The notes: generated from the letters alone by a model not told the origin. DNA of 64,000 bases from Negaprion brevirostris (GCA_030324005.1 JARDVH010000042.1:79117092-79181091), one strand, 5' to 3'; numbered from the stretch's first letter, positions 38,640 through 51,233 are shown. A program made the numbers and translations.

Positions 38640-40310
38640 AACATGGTGACAGTGCAGGATGGATCCAAAAATCTGGGAGAAACTGGAGAAGGAACTTTGA
38701 TGCTTAAAACTGAAGCTGACTTGAGAGAAGTGCACCGAAATTGAAAACATGGTTGGAGATTATCTAAAAAAGCTAGAGAGAATGGAGATTACCTAAATAA
38801 CAATCTCCACTGCAGACTTGGAGGCTGAAGGGCTTAGGGCAGGCAGAGTAAAGAACGGAAGAATTGCCTAGAAATTGATCTTTAAACCTCAGAGGGTATA
38901 ATTGCTTGCAAACACGATTAGTTTTCACAGTTATTTTCTGCATTCAAAAAGCCCAGTCTCAGCAATGGGAGCCCAACAAAACTGACAAGCATGGGAAGAT
39001 CACAGAGAGAGAAAATGAATGTCAGTTGCAGAGATAGCACAGCGGAATTGGACTCTACTAAGGAAAAACTGACCAGGGTAGAGAACCAATTTATAGAATC
39101 CTTACAAGTGTAGGAGGCAGCCATTCAGCCCATCAAATCTTCACCAACCACAATCCGACCCAGGCCCTATTCCCGTAAACCCGTACATTTACCCTGCTAA
39201 TCCCTCTGACATTAGGATCAATTTAACGTGACCAATCAACCTAATCCGCACATTTTTGGACTGTGCGAGGAAACTGGAGGAAGCCCACAGGGAGAACATT
39301 GCAAACTCCACGCAGTCAACTGAGGCCGGAATTGAACCCAAATGAAAGTGGAGATTGCTGGAGATAAAGTAGAACTGAGGAGAACATTGGAGTGTCGCTC
39401 ACAGGAGAGTTTGACACTTGAAACAGAACTTGAAATGATAAACTTGTGAAGCAAATTCAACAAAGGTGGGTCCTCAATTAAAACTTGATGAACTTCAAGC
39501 ATCAGAAATCTTTATTTAGCATTGTGAACAATGCTTGAAACAGGAGAAGGAATTATTACACGTGCACTGCTGGGAATCTATTCTATGCTAATCAGAATAG
39601 TTGGTTGAATCAATTAACAACCAAGACTTACATGCTGAATTCTAACACAACGCCTGCCAAGGAATCGGAGCAGGCAAGTGACAGACAATGGAAATGTCCG
39701 TTGACCTAGGGTGGGATTTTCTGGTCTTGCTTGAGCAAAGCCATAAAATCCCAAGTTCTTGAACTTGGATTCAATCTAAAAGATGCAACATGCAGCATGG
39801 AAGAGGAAATCCAGGCTTTAAGAGCAGCAATGGAAATGTCTGAGGGCAAGGTTGATAATCTAACAAGTGAATTGGAAGAATCTAAGGGGCAGTCAGTGGC
39901 CATGGAAGACAGATTCTGAAAGGAACTGAATGCACAGGAGAAGTTGTTAAGCTTGCATAAGGATCTTGCAGACAACTCTGAAACAAAGGCAATTGAATGC
40001 ACCAGAGCTGAGCTGAATGAAAATATTGAAACGTTTGAACAAGGATTGGAAAATGAAAGGGTAAACAAATATTGGGCTGAAAGTGTGCATTTTTGGAATG
40101 GAAATTTTTTTTAAAGGCAGGGGCTGCTGTATATGACTTAAAGTGATAACAATATGCCATTGTAGTATAAAGATATTCAGCAGAGCAAGAGTGGGACTTG
40201 AGAACAGTGTCACCCACGGTATGGTGTGTAGAGCCACATGATAATTGAGAGTAGATTCTGGAAGGAGCCAGCATGGAGACAAACCCATGTATGATTGTAC
40301 CTTGGACATG
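38640..40310 (+). mobile_element. LTR-element gag-like remnant with coiled-coil coding potential, interrupted by a SINE and a MITE
   Basis: ...ACA TGGTGACAGTGCAGGAT PBS-like sequence, then MDPKIWEKLEKEL...; ORF 39731 MEEEIQALRAAMEMSEGKVDNLTSELEESK. Many stops. Confidence 0.4.
39092..39341 (-). mobile_element. HE1-type SINE
   Basis: Same family core (ggaggaaac...gcaaactccac...ggaattgaaccc). Confidence 0.75.
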
Positions 40311-40316
40311 TACATA

Positions 40317-40443
40317 GGGTGGGATTTTCCAGCCCTGCCTGCCACTGGGATCATCAGTCATCCTGATAATCAATGGACCTTTGTCTGGGGCGTCGAACTT
40401 CCTGTGACAGGTTCCACCATATTGGCACTGGAAAATTCTGGCT
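40317..40443. mobile_element. Short (about 125 bp) MITE; related copies near 9877, 23173, 36549 and 39635
   Basis: gggtgggattttccag ... ctggaaaattctggc inverted ends. Confidence 0.5.
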
Positions 40444-41991
40444 ATAGTTATGGGTTAACAAATCATTATTTTTGAACATAGAAGTCTCCAGAAATCTTAG
40501 TGACATATCAAATGAACTGTTACAACAGTCTGGAGATAGAGATTGGTAAAACTGCATCATGTGAATAATCCTACTAAGAGGAAAAAGTTCTGTGTCTTGT
40601 TTTCTATTTCACATCCTAACTTGGATCCATTTGTCATGTTGTAATCACCCTCTGCCCCACAAAGGGCAGTACTGCACAACCATGTCTGGCTTGAGGATAT
40701 AATCACACCTGTGTCAAAGCTCACATAGACAGCCTCCATTAAAATATAGACATATTCCCTAGCCTGTAATCCTTTTTACCTGAAGGTTGTGGTTAGTTTT
40801 GACACCCAGTGTGCAGCACAAAGAGAAATCAGCTGCTATATTAACTTTACTATCACTGTCCTGTATTCCTTTTTCTGGCCATCACTATTCTGTCCTTCCT
40901 GGCAGTTTATAGGATTTTCCTATTATAAAACCACTGGTCCTGCAGCTGTCTGTCTCTGTGACTAGATGGAGCATTTTAAGATTCTGAAGCCACAAACATA
41001 AGGTGATTTATCGTGCTGTGAAAGGGTTGGGTTCAGAGGCAGAAGTGCCAGCAATTTTCCACACTGGCTAACATGTCTGGTGGCATGTTTCCTCTTCTCA
41101 GTGAGGTTGCTTCTGAGAAAGGATGACAGCTATCCATTTGCCTGCAGTGGATAGCCATTAAGGGCAATTAAAGTGCCCTAGTCAGATCACTCAATACATC
41201 ACTGGCTTGGTCAGGATTCATTGCCCAATCCTAATTGTCCTTGAAGGTGGTGATGAGCTGCCTTCTTGTATCACTGTGCCAGTGTGGTGAAGTACACCCA
41301 CAATGCTGTTGGGGGTGGGGGAATGGAATTCCAGGCTTTTGACCTAGGAACAGTGACGGAACAGTGATATATTCTAAATTAGGATGGTGAGTGCTTTGGA
41401 GCGGAAATACCAGGCGGTGGTTCTCCCATTTATCTGCTGCCCTTGTCATTCTGGGTGGTAGTGGTCATGAGTTTGGAAGGTGCTAGCTAAGGAGCGTTGG
41501 TGAGTTTTTGACGGGAGCCTAGTAGATGCTGCATCCTGCTATGCATCAGTGGTGGAGGGAGTCTGGATGCTATCTGATATTTGCCAGGCACTAGATGCTG
41601 AGGCTGAGGCTGAAGCTCAGCAGTTAGATGGAAACAGCCTCTCGGCAGCAGGCTGGGAGAGGAGGAGGGATGTTGTGGAAGGGGAGGGGGTAAGGGGTCT
41701 GCAAAACTTAATTCAATTCTCACCCTTACCCCACCACTGAGAGTGCCAGAGGGCCAGAGCTGTGGCCACAGGTCATCCTATGCAGGGGTTTCCCTCCACA
41801 ATGGTAGTCTAACAGCTGCAAGTACATTTTGTATTTCAACTTTTTAAAGTCTTCAGAGGAACCTCCACCTTGAAGCACCCTCTTATTTAGTAGCACTCAC
41901 CTCTCCTGGTAAGATTTCTGACTGCCCAAAAGCCTTGGGCAGTCTGTTGGCCCTCCTGACTGTGGAGCCTGCCTGCCATCCTTAATCAAAC

Positions 41992-42260
41992 GTTTATTTA
42001 TTAGTCATAAGTAGGATTACAAATAAGTTACTGTAAAAATCCCCTAGTCAACACACTCTGGTGGCTGTTTGGGTACACTGGCCATGCTAAATTCTCCCCC
42101 AATGTGCCAAACCAGCACGTCTTTCGGACTGCGAGAGGAAATTGGAGCGCCACGCAGACACAGGGAAAATGTTCAGACTCCGCAAACAGTGACCCAACCT
42201 GGGAATCGAACGCAGGTCCTTGGCACTATGAGGCAGCAGTGCTAACCACTGTGCTACCCA
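41992..42260 (-). mobile_element. HE1-type SINE with alternative tail
   Basis: tttattagtcataagtagg...gggaatcgaac...gcagtgctaaccactgtgc. Confidence 0.8.
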
Positions 42261-42449
42261 ATGTCCCAGCATGTCATCCTATAATTGGACAGGCGTCCTG
42301 GAAGCAGCCTATAAACTAGCTCCCAACTTGAAACTCTGAGTTTCTGAATTAAGACTTAAGCCAGGTCAAACTCTGAACCTACAACTAAATTCCAACACAC
42401 AATGCACTCGAGCAAATTTTGATTCATTCCAACTTCTGGTAGGCAATTC

Positions 42450-43200
42450 CAACAACAACATCTTGCATTTTATAAAGCTGCTCTAATGCTTATAGTGTTT
42501 CCTAGGAGCTTTAGCGAGCAAAAGGTGGCAAATGAACAGGTACTAAGGCAGATGATGAAAAGCTAAGACGAAAGATAGATTTTGAGGAGTGTCTTAAAGG
42601 AGAAAAGTTGATATGGGGAGAGAATTTCAAAGCTCAGTGCCCAGGCACCTTAAGGCATTGCTATCACAGGTGGTGCAATTAAAATTGAGTTTGCTTGAGA
42701 TTCCATGATTTAGAGGGATACTAGTATTTTGGAGGGTTGGAGNNNNNNNNNNNNNNNNNNNNNNTGAAAATAAAAATTAGAATTTTAAAATCAAGGTGTT
42801 TTACTTGGAGTCAATGGAGGTCAGTAAGCACAAGGGTGATGGGTGGATAGGCCTTAATTCAAGTTAGGACACAAGCAGCAGAATTTTGTATGGTGTCAAG
42901 TTTATGGATGGTAGAATATGGTGATCAGCCAGGAGTGAGTTGGTGTAGTTAAGTCAAGAGTAAATGATGGAACAAATAGGGGTTTCAGTTGAGACAGGGA
43001 CAGAGTTGGATAATGCTAAGAAGTTGGAAATAGGTAGCCTGAGAGATAGTGAAGAGATCTGGTCAGTAACAGGTCTCAGGATCAAACATGACACAAAGTC
43101 TGGGAACAATATAGGTCAGCTTCAGACAGTTTCCAGGGAGAGGGATGGTTTTGGTGGCGAGGGAAAGAACTCTATCATAGGGACCAAAACAATGATGTGG
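42450..43200 (-). mobile_element. L2-like LINE 3' fragment
   Basis: aacaacaacatcttgcattttataaagc resembles an L2 3' terminus, followed by purine-rich L2-like body. Confidence 0.5.
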
Positions 43201-44138
43201 GAGCCCCACTATTCATTTGAAATGAATCTGATAAAGAAATAAACCCTCTTCTTGATTATACACAAAATGGATCCAAAAACAGGTTGGTAAAACATTTTAG
43301 AATCTCTGATGATAAAGGTGCTATCCTTTATTAGTGCACTATTTCTATCTTTTTATTTCCATGTTTTACCAATAATGAAGGAAGATTAAAGTATGGACCA
43401 AATTGAAGTAAATACAGAAGAACAATTGTCCCATGACCAGTACTGTGGTTAATCTTTATTTTCTTGAGCAGTTTGTATTTGCAGTTCTTAAACTAACATT
43501 AGTAGATTTACATAAAGAAAATCAAGAACAGAAATTGAACATTTAAAATTAATTTAGCATTAACTCAAAAATAAGCCTCTGAACATTTACAAAATAATGT
43601 AATTTCAATCAGATTAAGGTTGGATAAGAATAGCAAGGACATTTCGAAACACCATGAATTAGAGGAGTGTTGATATCTCGGAGTGTTGTAAGGTTAGAGG
43701 AGATTACAGAGATTGGGAAAGGCAAGAGGGGTTTCAATGGAGTGACTAAGCAGTGACATGAGGGTCAGTAACCAAAGGATACAGACCTAAGATATTACAG
43801 ATCTAAGGTAATCTTAGGTTTATCACAGATCTAAGGTAGTTGGCAAGAGAACAGAAGGAGAGATTATTTTAAACTACGGGTTATTGTGATTTGGAATACA
43901 TTATCTAAAAGACTAGTGGAAGCAGATTCAATCATAACTTTCAAGAAAAATTCGAATTTGTACTTGAACAGACAAAAAGTGTTTGCAAGGCAATGGAAAA
44001 AGATCAAAGAAATGGGATTTGTTGGATGGTTCATTCAAAGAGCTGGTATAGATACAATGGAACGAATATCCTCCTTCTGTGCCAAATAACATGAACATGA
44101 CTATTAAAGTTCTTTACATCTTTTGTTGGTTCAATAAT

Positions 44139-44324
44139 TTAGTATCCAACAACAACTATTAATATAGTAATTACAGTAATTAAAGTGCAGGCTACTATTA
44201 CTAGCAGTATTACTAGTTTACAGCATTTGGCTCTTTTCATTTCAGACTCTTTCTTCCTCAGTAAAGAATCATATCCTGGCGTATAAATGTCGTCCAACCA
44301 AAATTTCAGGTCATTTGGATCCTC
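44139..44324 (-). CDS. MINAR2: MINAR2 coding exon 3 (C-terminal transmembrane segment and stop)
   Basis: Acceptor ttcatttag|GAG. Reads EDPNDLKFWLDDIYTPGYDSLLRKKESEMKRAKCCKLVILLVIVACTLITVITILIVVVGY*, matching recalled human ENPNDLRFWLGDMYTPGFDTLL plus a hydrophobic tail anchor. TAA at 44141-44139. Not in the ORF track. Confidence 0.95.
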   Translation of the reverse strand, partial: EDPNDLKFWLDDIYTPGYDSLLRKKESEMKRAKCCKLVILLVIVACTLITVITILIVVVGY

Positions 44325-44344
44325 CTAAATGAATATAAATGAAG

Positions 44345-44490
44345 TGTGAATATTGCTGAAAAGAGAGTCATGCTGCTGAAGCTTTTCATTTTGCACTCAT
44401 CAGGACAAATGCAGGAATGCTAAATTTCAAATAATCACAACAATTTATACTAAAGGGGAAAAAGATGCTGATTAATTGGCAACTCGACTT
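44345..44490 (-). mobile_element. Penelope terminal fragment (same family as 11030-11180) with a hammerhead motif, abutting the MINAR2 exon 3 acceptor
   Basis: gaatattgctgaaaagagagtcatgctgctgaagcttttcattttgcactcatcaggac aligns by eye with 11030-11087. Confidence 0.7.
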
Positions 44491-44813
44491 GTACCAAATC
44501 CTGTGCACCAATCACCTCTGTCTCACTGCATTCTGTCACAAAGAATGGAGAGCAAAGGACGAATAGTAAAGGATGAATCCAGAGGCATCCAATGACTTGA
44601 GGGCCCATCTGTCTGATATAATATAATCTCCACTATGTTAGCTCTTCTCAGTAGCCGTAATCATGCTTTTGAGAAAAAAGCTGAGTTTTTAAGCCTTATT
44701 CCGAGGCTAAGAGAACATGTTTAATAGTCCAGTGCAGTACCAAAGGAATCAGTAGTTCTGTCTTTTGGATGAAAGCTAAACTGAGGCCTATTTTCTGGAG
44801 GTCATAACATAAT

Positions 44814-44915
44814 AAGAAGTCTCACAACACCAGGTTCAAGTCCAATCAGTTTATTTGATAGTAAACCCACAAGCTTTCAGGGTTTGCCCCTTCGTCAAGT
44901 GAGTGGAGAGTTCTG
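44814..44915 (-). mobile_element. Penelope terminal fragment (same family as 25190-25280) with a hammerhead motif
   Basis: aagaagtctcacaacaccaggttcaagtccaatcagtttatttg...aagctttcagggtttgccccttcgtcaagtgagtgg. Confidence 0.65.
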
Positions 44916-44961
44916 GTCATAACATAACCAATGGTGTTTGTAGTTCAGGTGGTTACATGGA

Positions 44962-47900
44962 TGTTGGGATGATGTGAGTTCAAAAGGGAACACGTATCAG
45001 AAACGTGGGAGTTCTTCCAGACCGTGGGCTGAGACAGAGCATAAGAGTTGCTCAGTTAGTGTTAATTTATTGGAAACCAGCTCTTCTACATGGTGTCAGG
45101 AGTTGGCAGAATGATGCAGGGATTTTGCTGCATCGACCTGCTTGTTTTTGACAAAAATATCATAGACAACTGGACGAAATTTGAACAGTGGTGCTGACAT
45201 ATTGTACAATCAAAGAAGGGAAAGGCATACACTCTGCCAAATTTAGTGGGTCCTGAGATGGTTGGGAAATACGAGCTCTTTGTTTTTCAAATAGAGGAAG
45301 AGAAGCAGAATCCTGATATATTGCTGAGATGGTTTGTGCACAAATGTTTGCCAGCAAAGAACATCATACTAAATAGACTTGTGTTCAATACAACCAACCA
45401 AAAATTTGATGAGTCTATTCAGTCACACGCTATAACTTTAAAAACTTTAGCAAAGAAATGCAACTTTAGCACACTCACAGATCACACTGTGTGCGTCCAC
45501 AGCAATATTGTCCACAAGCAGCTTCTTTGTGAGAAAGGTTTAACCTTGGAAGCTGCCAACAACATTAGTATGCTGAAGTCAGAAAGAAACAGCGAAGTGT
45601 TAAGTTGAGAAACAGAAGCCTTCACATTACAGGGCACATCCTATTCCAACTGTGGCGACCACTGCTCACAAAACAGAACGCTGCAACAGAAGTGGCAAAT
45701 GGAAACATTTCACAAAATGCTGCAGATCCAACCCAGAGAAGCTTGTCCATGCTACCAGTACAAACAGGATGAATAAATTGAAATGTAATCAGAGTACCCA
45801 AGGTGCAGAGTCTCTGAAAACTCTTTACAGTGAGAGCATTGGCATCATTATTGAGAAGGGTGAGATTTTCACCACATTAAACAGTGCCTAGACTAAAGCA
45901 AAACTACTAATAAAGATTGACACAAGAGCCAACTGTAGTATCCTGCCCAGGCAGAAGTTGCGATAAATCGACACGTACACTGCACCAGATCCTGACAGTC
46001 AAGTGGACCTCATGGAGTATGGCAGACAAACTATCTACACAGAAGGTGTGGTCATCCTCCTCTGAACACAGGGCAGTTTTCAATTTCATTTCGTTGACCA
46101 AAATGTAAAGCTGCTCATGTAGGCCATTAAATAGATGTACTGTCAGGCATCTATTTAATGGCGTACATGAGATTTTTAAAAATGATTTTTAGCATTAGTG
46201 GGGATTATGATTCAAATGCAGTTATATACAACTAATACAGTATTAGTAATGACAATCGAGGTAAAGAAGAAAGGAATCAAAAAGCCAATCACCATTTAGG
46301 CTGTAAGGATTTCCTTAGATACCTTTACTTACTGGCCTAGTATTGGGATAGCCAATGACCAGAAGGGCGATTGTAAGTGGGAGAACCTTAATAGATTAGT
46401 AAGATTTTTAAACCATTAGACATTAAAGCACTGATAGAACTACCAGCATTGAGTTAAATAACTTCCAAAACAAGCTTATGAGCTAACAAAAAAACATTTG
46501 AGATGCAGTAAGAGATTTAGACAACTGATTATGATTTAAAACACATAAGCTGATGTCTTGAATATATTAGTATAATTTTTAAGATATATTGTTCACATTA
46601 GCTACGAACAATTTGCTGCAAAGCATCATGGTAAAAGGCATCAGGGCAAAATTATATTCTAAGAGAATGTTTAGACCTTGAGAATATGCAAGATTTTATC
46701 AGTAAAGTTTCAGATGGAGAAAATGTTTAGAACACTTAATCATATTTCATTACTAGGATTTATTCACTGTCCAGACAGGATAGATGCAAGCATGCTAGAT
46801 ATAGAGTCATTTGTTAATCTGGTTTGGTAGTGACCTATAAGGGAACCATGGGAAGGTTCATTTGAACTTTGGACTGGTATCTGAGATTACTAGGCAACAG
46901 AGGAAGTGGGGTCAGCCAAGACGAGAATTAACTTCCAGATTCTACAGACTAATAAAATGCCATTACGCCAAAGGGTAAGATGCAATTGGCTAAGGTATAT
47001 GACAGAATTATTGTTCAGTTATGTATATTGAAGATGGTTGATTTAAAGTTGGTGAAAGCTGGCAGTAATTGATAAGAAAAATCCTATAATTGATCTGTTT
47101 TGAACTGTACATGTCAGATTTCATTGGAGAGATCTAGCTGCTCTATCTCAGAGCTGCCTTGACTCTTTGGTCTCCTAGTGGCCTAAATAATGTTACGTCT
47201 TTAAACTGAGACACTGGCTTCTTCAGTTTTGTATTGTCTGCAGTTTAGACCGTACTGGCTGCTTCGGAAACCCCACCAACAGCACCTGTCAGGATTGGTA
47301 TTGACCCAATCCACTTGAATAAGGCACTGCTCAGACCTCATCATCCTTTGAAGACGCTGAAATAATTCATAGCTGACCATAAGACACAGGAACAAAAGTA
47401 GGCCATTTGGCCCATCGGGTCTGTTCCACCATTCAATGAGATTATGACTGATCTGACATGATAATCCTCAACTCCAGTTTCCCACCTTATCTCCATAATC
47501 CTTGATTCCCTTGCTGATTAAGAATTTCAAATACATACACAATGTAAAGGTCTTCAGCACCTTGGATACAAAGTGGCAAATCTTCAAAACACACCACATT
47601 CACATTTGTGGTAGGCAGATTTCATTTCCTCCGTATGTCCTAAGGAATCTCCACTGGTAACGAGGTTTTCTAACATTGGATGGAGCAGGTCTTGAGGCTA
47701 CAGGCCATTCGAGCCTCTGTACTCCTATCAGCAGATGCCTCCCAGCACGAGCTTGGTGCAGTTTGCATCCAGATGGCTAACTAGTAACCTTTGCATTAAG
47801 GGCCTTCATTGGCACTCAGACTATTATGCCCAAAACAAAAAGGAGCTCCTGGTCCTCATCTTTGTCAGAAATTTCATGACATCATATATAGTTATCCTGT

Positions 47901-50055
47901 AAGTGTTGTAACCGATCGTCAGCCGCTCATCACTGTTCTTAAAAAGCCTTCCCACACTGTCTGCAAGACTACAGCTACTACAACCTCAGTATTGTCGACA
48001 AATGTGATTAAAGCATTGTACTTGTGCTCTTTCCAAAGCCCTCCTACCTACCACTGACCCAGGCAGATTGTGGGGAGGGCATTGACATTGTGACCATATA
48101 GGTCCTTTCATCTTGTGAATTGAGGAACTTAAGGATTCCTTTTAGGTGGATTTCACATGCAGGAAACTCCATGAAGTCATTTTGAAAGGTGCCTTGGGTC
48201 CTCACAGGAGCTTCCTCATAAGCTGTGCACATTCTTCTCTATACATGAGGAGTTAATTGTTCAAGACGGGCAGACACTGCATGGTCAACGATTCATTATC
48301 CCTACCTCTTTTCAGAGTACTCTACCCAGCAACCCCACCAAGGGCACCCAGGGTTGGAGCAATTAGGTACAGGGCAAAAGAATTCCTATACTGACCATCG
48401 ATCGATGTGTGTGGACGTGGAGAGACAAGTATTAGTGTGCATCATGCAATGCGTTCAAGCGTCATGCAATGCACTTCAAACCAAGGAAGCACTGCACCTA
48501 CTTGATGTCCTGGATCTCCCATGGTTATTCATGATGGCTGATATTTATGAATGGAGTGGTAAGCAGCACTTGATCCCAGTTGACTCATACTTCGGTTGGT
48601 TTGAAATCAACCACCTACCTGACATGAAGAGCAACAGGGCCATAGGCAAGTCAAGAGAAGCTTTGCCAACATGGCATCCTACAATGCATAATGACAGATA
48701 ACATTTGTCTGTTCATTTCCAGAGTTCAGGGGCTTGGAGCACGTCATGAGTAGCCCACTGTATCCACAGTCCAATGGCCTGACAGGAAGGGCCTGTTCAG
48801 CCAAGCACATCCTTGAGAAAACAGATTTCTATACAATTCTCCTCAGCCCGGGAAACATGCCCAGATGGGATCTGCCATCATTCGCACAGCTCATGCTCAC
48901 TAGTTGCACCAGGACCATGATTGCCATTGTCAAGTCCCTCTTGCAACATAAGATCTAAATCAGCCCGCGTGGTATCCTTATGAAGTGGTGACAAAGTGGG
49001 AAGAGGTATTATGACCAAAATGCTCGCACACTTTGTCCTCTAGAACCTAGTCAAACATTTAGAATCCAGACCACATGTGGCCATGGCAAATTGGCAGTGA
49101 TATTCAGAGGTGCCCCACAGCCAAACAGCTATATGGGTCACATGGACAGTGCTCAGTATATACAATGCCAGGATCACCTACTGCAAGTATCTGACCACCA
49201 TCAACCACCAATGTATCCCATCCAGCCTGCAATCCAGATCCTCCACACTAATAAAAATGGTGGGTCCTTCAGAGGACAATACAGCCTCAGGATAAACCAC
49301 AAAGATACCTGATACCTTTCACACTGAAGACAACAATGCAAAAATCTCATTCATTGCCAATGGGTACATTGTGGGTGGCATTGTAGCACAGCAGTTAGCA
49401 CCGTTGCCAGGGACCTGGGTTCAATTCCTGGGTATCAAGATGTGTAGTTAGGTGGATTAGCCATGGTACATTTGTGAGGTTGTGGGGCTAGGGTGAGNNN
49501 NNNNNNNNNNNNNNNNNNNNNNNNNNNNNNNNNNNNNNNNNNNNNNNNNNNNNNNNNNNNNNNNNNNNNNNNNNNNNNNNNNNNNNNNNNNNNNNNNNNN
49601 NNNNNNNNNNNNNNNNNNNNNNNNNNNNNNNNNNNNNNNNNNNNNNNNNNNNNNNNNNNNNNNNNNNNNNNNNNNNNNNNNNNNNNNNNNNNNNNNNNNN
49701 NNNNNNNNNNNNNNNNNNNNNNNNNNNNNNNNNNNNNNNNNNNNNNNNNNNNNNNNNNNNNNNNNNNNNNNNNNNNNNNNNNNNNNNNNNNNNNNNNNNN
49801 NNNNNNNNNNNNNNNNNNNNNNNNNNNNNNNNNNNNNNNNNNNNNNNNNNNNNNNNNNNNNNNNNNNNNNNNNNNNNNNNNNNNNNNNNNNNNNNNNNNN
49901 NNNNNNTATTGGGATAGTGCAGGTACAAAAAGGGTCTCATGTCTGGAATGTGGAAGTTCTCCTGGAGCACGGGCAGAGACAAAGCATGTAGGATCTGTTC
50001 AGTTACTGTTAACAACTGTTGTTGGTCCTTGGTTACCAGTTATTGGAATATAACA
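44962..50055 (+). mobile_element. Ancient Ty3/Gypsy LTR retrotransposon, heavily decayed, antisense in MINAR2 intron 2
   Basis: Divergent LTR pair at 44962-45090 and 49907-50055. PBS TGGTGTCAGGAGT at 45091 (tRNA-Leu type). gag ORF 45246..45608; zinc-knuckle relic CNRSGKWKHFTKCC; protease relic KIDTRAN at about 45912; RT KVFSTLD at about 47546; RNase H ADASQHELGAV; integrase LPWLFMMADIYEW...VDSYFGWFEI and SSPLYPQSNGLTGRA. Confidence 0.85.
46114..46171. repeat. Near-perfect inverted repeat (24-bp arms, 10-nt loop)
   Basis: ctcatgtaggccattaaatagatg-tactgtcagg-catctatttaatggcgtacatgag, one mismatch. Confidence 0.9.
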
Positions 50056-51233
50056 CTTGTACAGTGTTCTTCAAGAAAAAACAAGGAGTTAGCTTGGCCT
50101 ATATTTCTCCTTCAATTAACATAACCAAAGCATATATCAATTGATTCTTCATTTTTCATGTTCTTAGTGGAATCTTACTCTGGACCTATTTGTAGCTGCG
50201 TACATTGACATCCTTCAGGTTGCCATTGACCAGAAATTCAACTGGACTTGCCGTATATACACAGTGGCTACAAGAGCAGGTCAGAGGCTAAGAAATACTG
50301 TGGTAACTCACCTCCTGACTCCCCAGAGCCTGTCCACCACTTACAAGGCACAAGTCAGGAATATGACGGAATATTCCCCACTTGCCCGAATGGGTGCAGC
50401 TCCAACAACACTCAAGAAGATCGACACCATCCACAACAAAGCAGCCCGCTTGATTGACATTGCATCCATAAACATCCACTCCCTCCAACACCGATGCTCA
50501 GTAGCAGCAGTGTGTACTATCTACAAAATGCACTGCGAAAAATTGTCAAAAATCTTTAGCACATTACAAACCCCTGACACTTCCATCTAGAAGGATAAGG
50601 GCCGCAGATACACAGGAACACCTGCAGGTTCCTGTCCAAGCCACTCACCATCCATTCCTTCACAGTCGTTAGGTCAAAATCCTGGAACTGCCTCCTTAAT
50701 GGCAGTGTGGGTCAACACACCACATGCACTGCAGCGGTTCAAGAAGGCAGCTCACCACCACCTTCTCAAGGGCAACAAGTGATGGGCAATAAATGCTGGC
50801 CAGTCAGTGGTGCCCATGAACCATGAATGAATAAAAAAAACTTTTACGCCAGAGCAATGATTGAATTAATTGAATTAAAGCGTTGCAGGATGTTCTAAGG
50901 CCATGATAAGGGTACAGATGTTAGTGCTTCTATTGTCACATCCTTCCTCTCCTGATCTCATCATTTGTTCAGTATAATTTCCCCCCCCATGCATATTTTA
51001 CTCCTCTGACTCTGGTCTGTGCTTTCAGCCTGCATTACCATTAACCACAGAATCTTCACATTTATGGCTCTACATTCTGAACTATTCTCCCGAACACTCT
51101 CTGCTGCATTGTTATCCCTCTCTTTTCATTCAGGTTAATCTTTGATTGTTCCTTGAATAAATATCTCCAATACTGTACTAATGCCAAATGTTTTTCTAAT
51201 ACCCAATGTCCATGAACTATATTGCGACTACTG

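Larger units (their letters stand above)
44710..50920 (+). mobile_element. Deu-domain SINE (SacSINE1/AmnSINE-like) split into pieces at about 44710-44960, 50056-50215 and 50860-50920
   Basis: tccagtgcagtaccaaagga...tgtcttttggatgaaagctaaactgaggcc resembles the Deu domain. It continues after the Gypsy element as caagaaaaaacaaggagtt...tggcctatatttctccttcaattaacat and tggaatcttact, and ends in an L2-like tail taaagcgttgcaggatgttctaagg. Confidence 0.55.
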
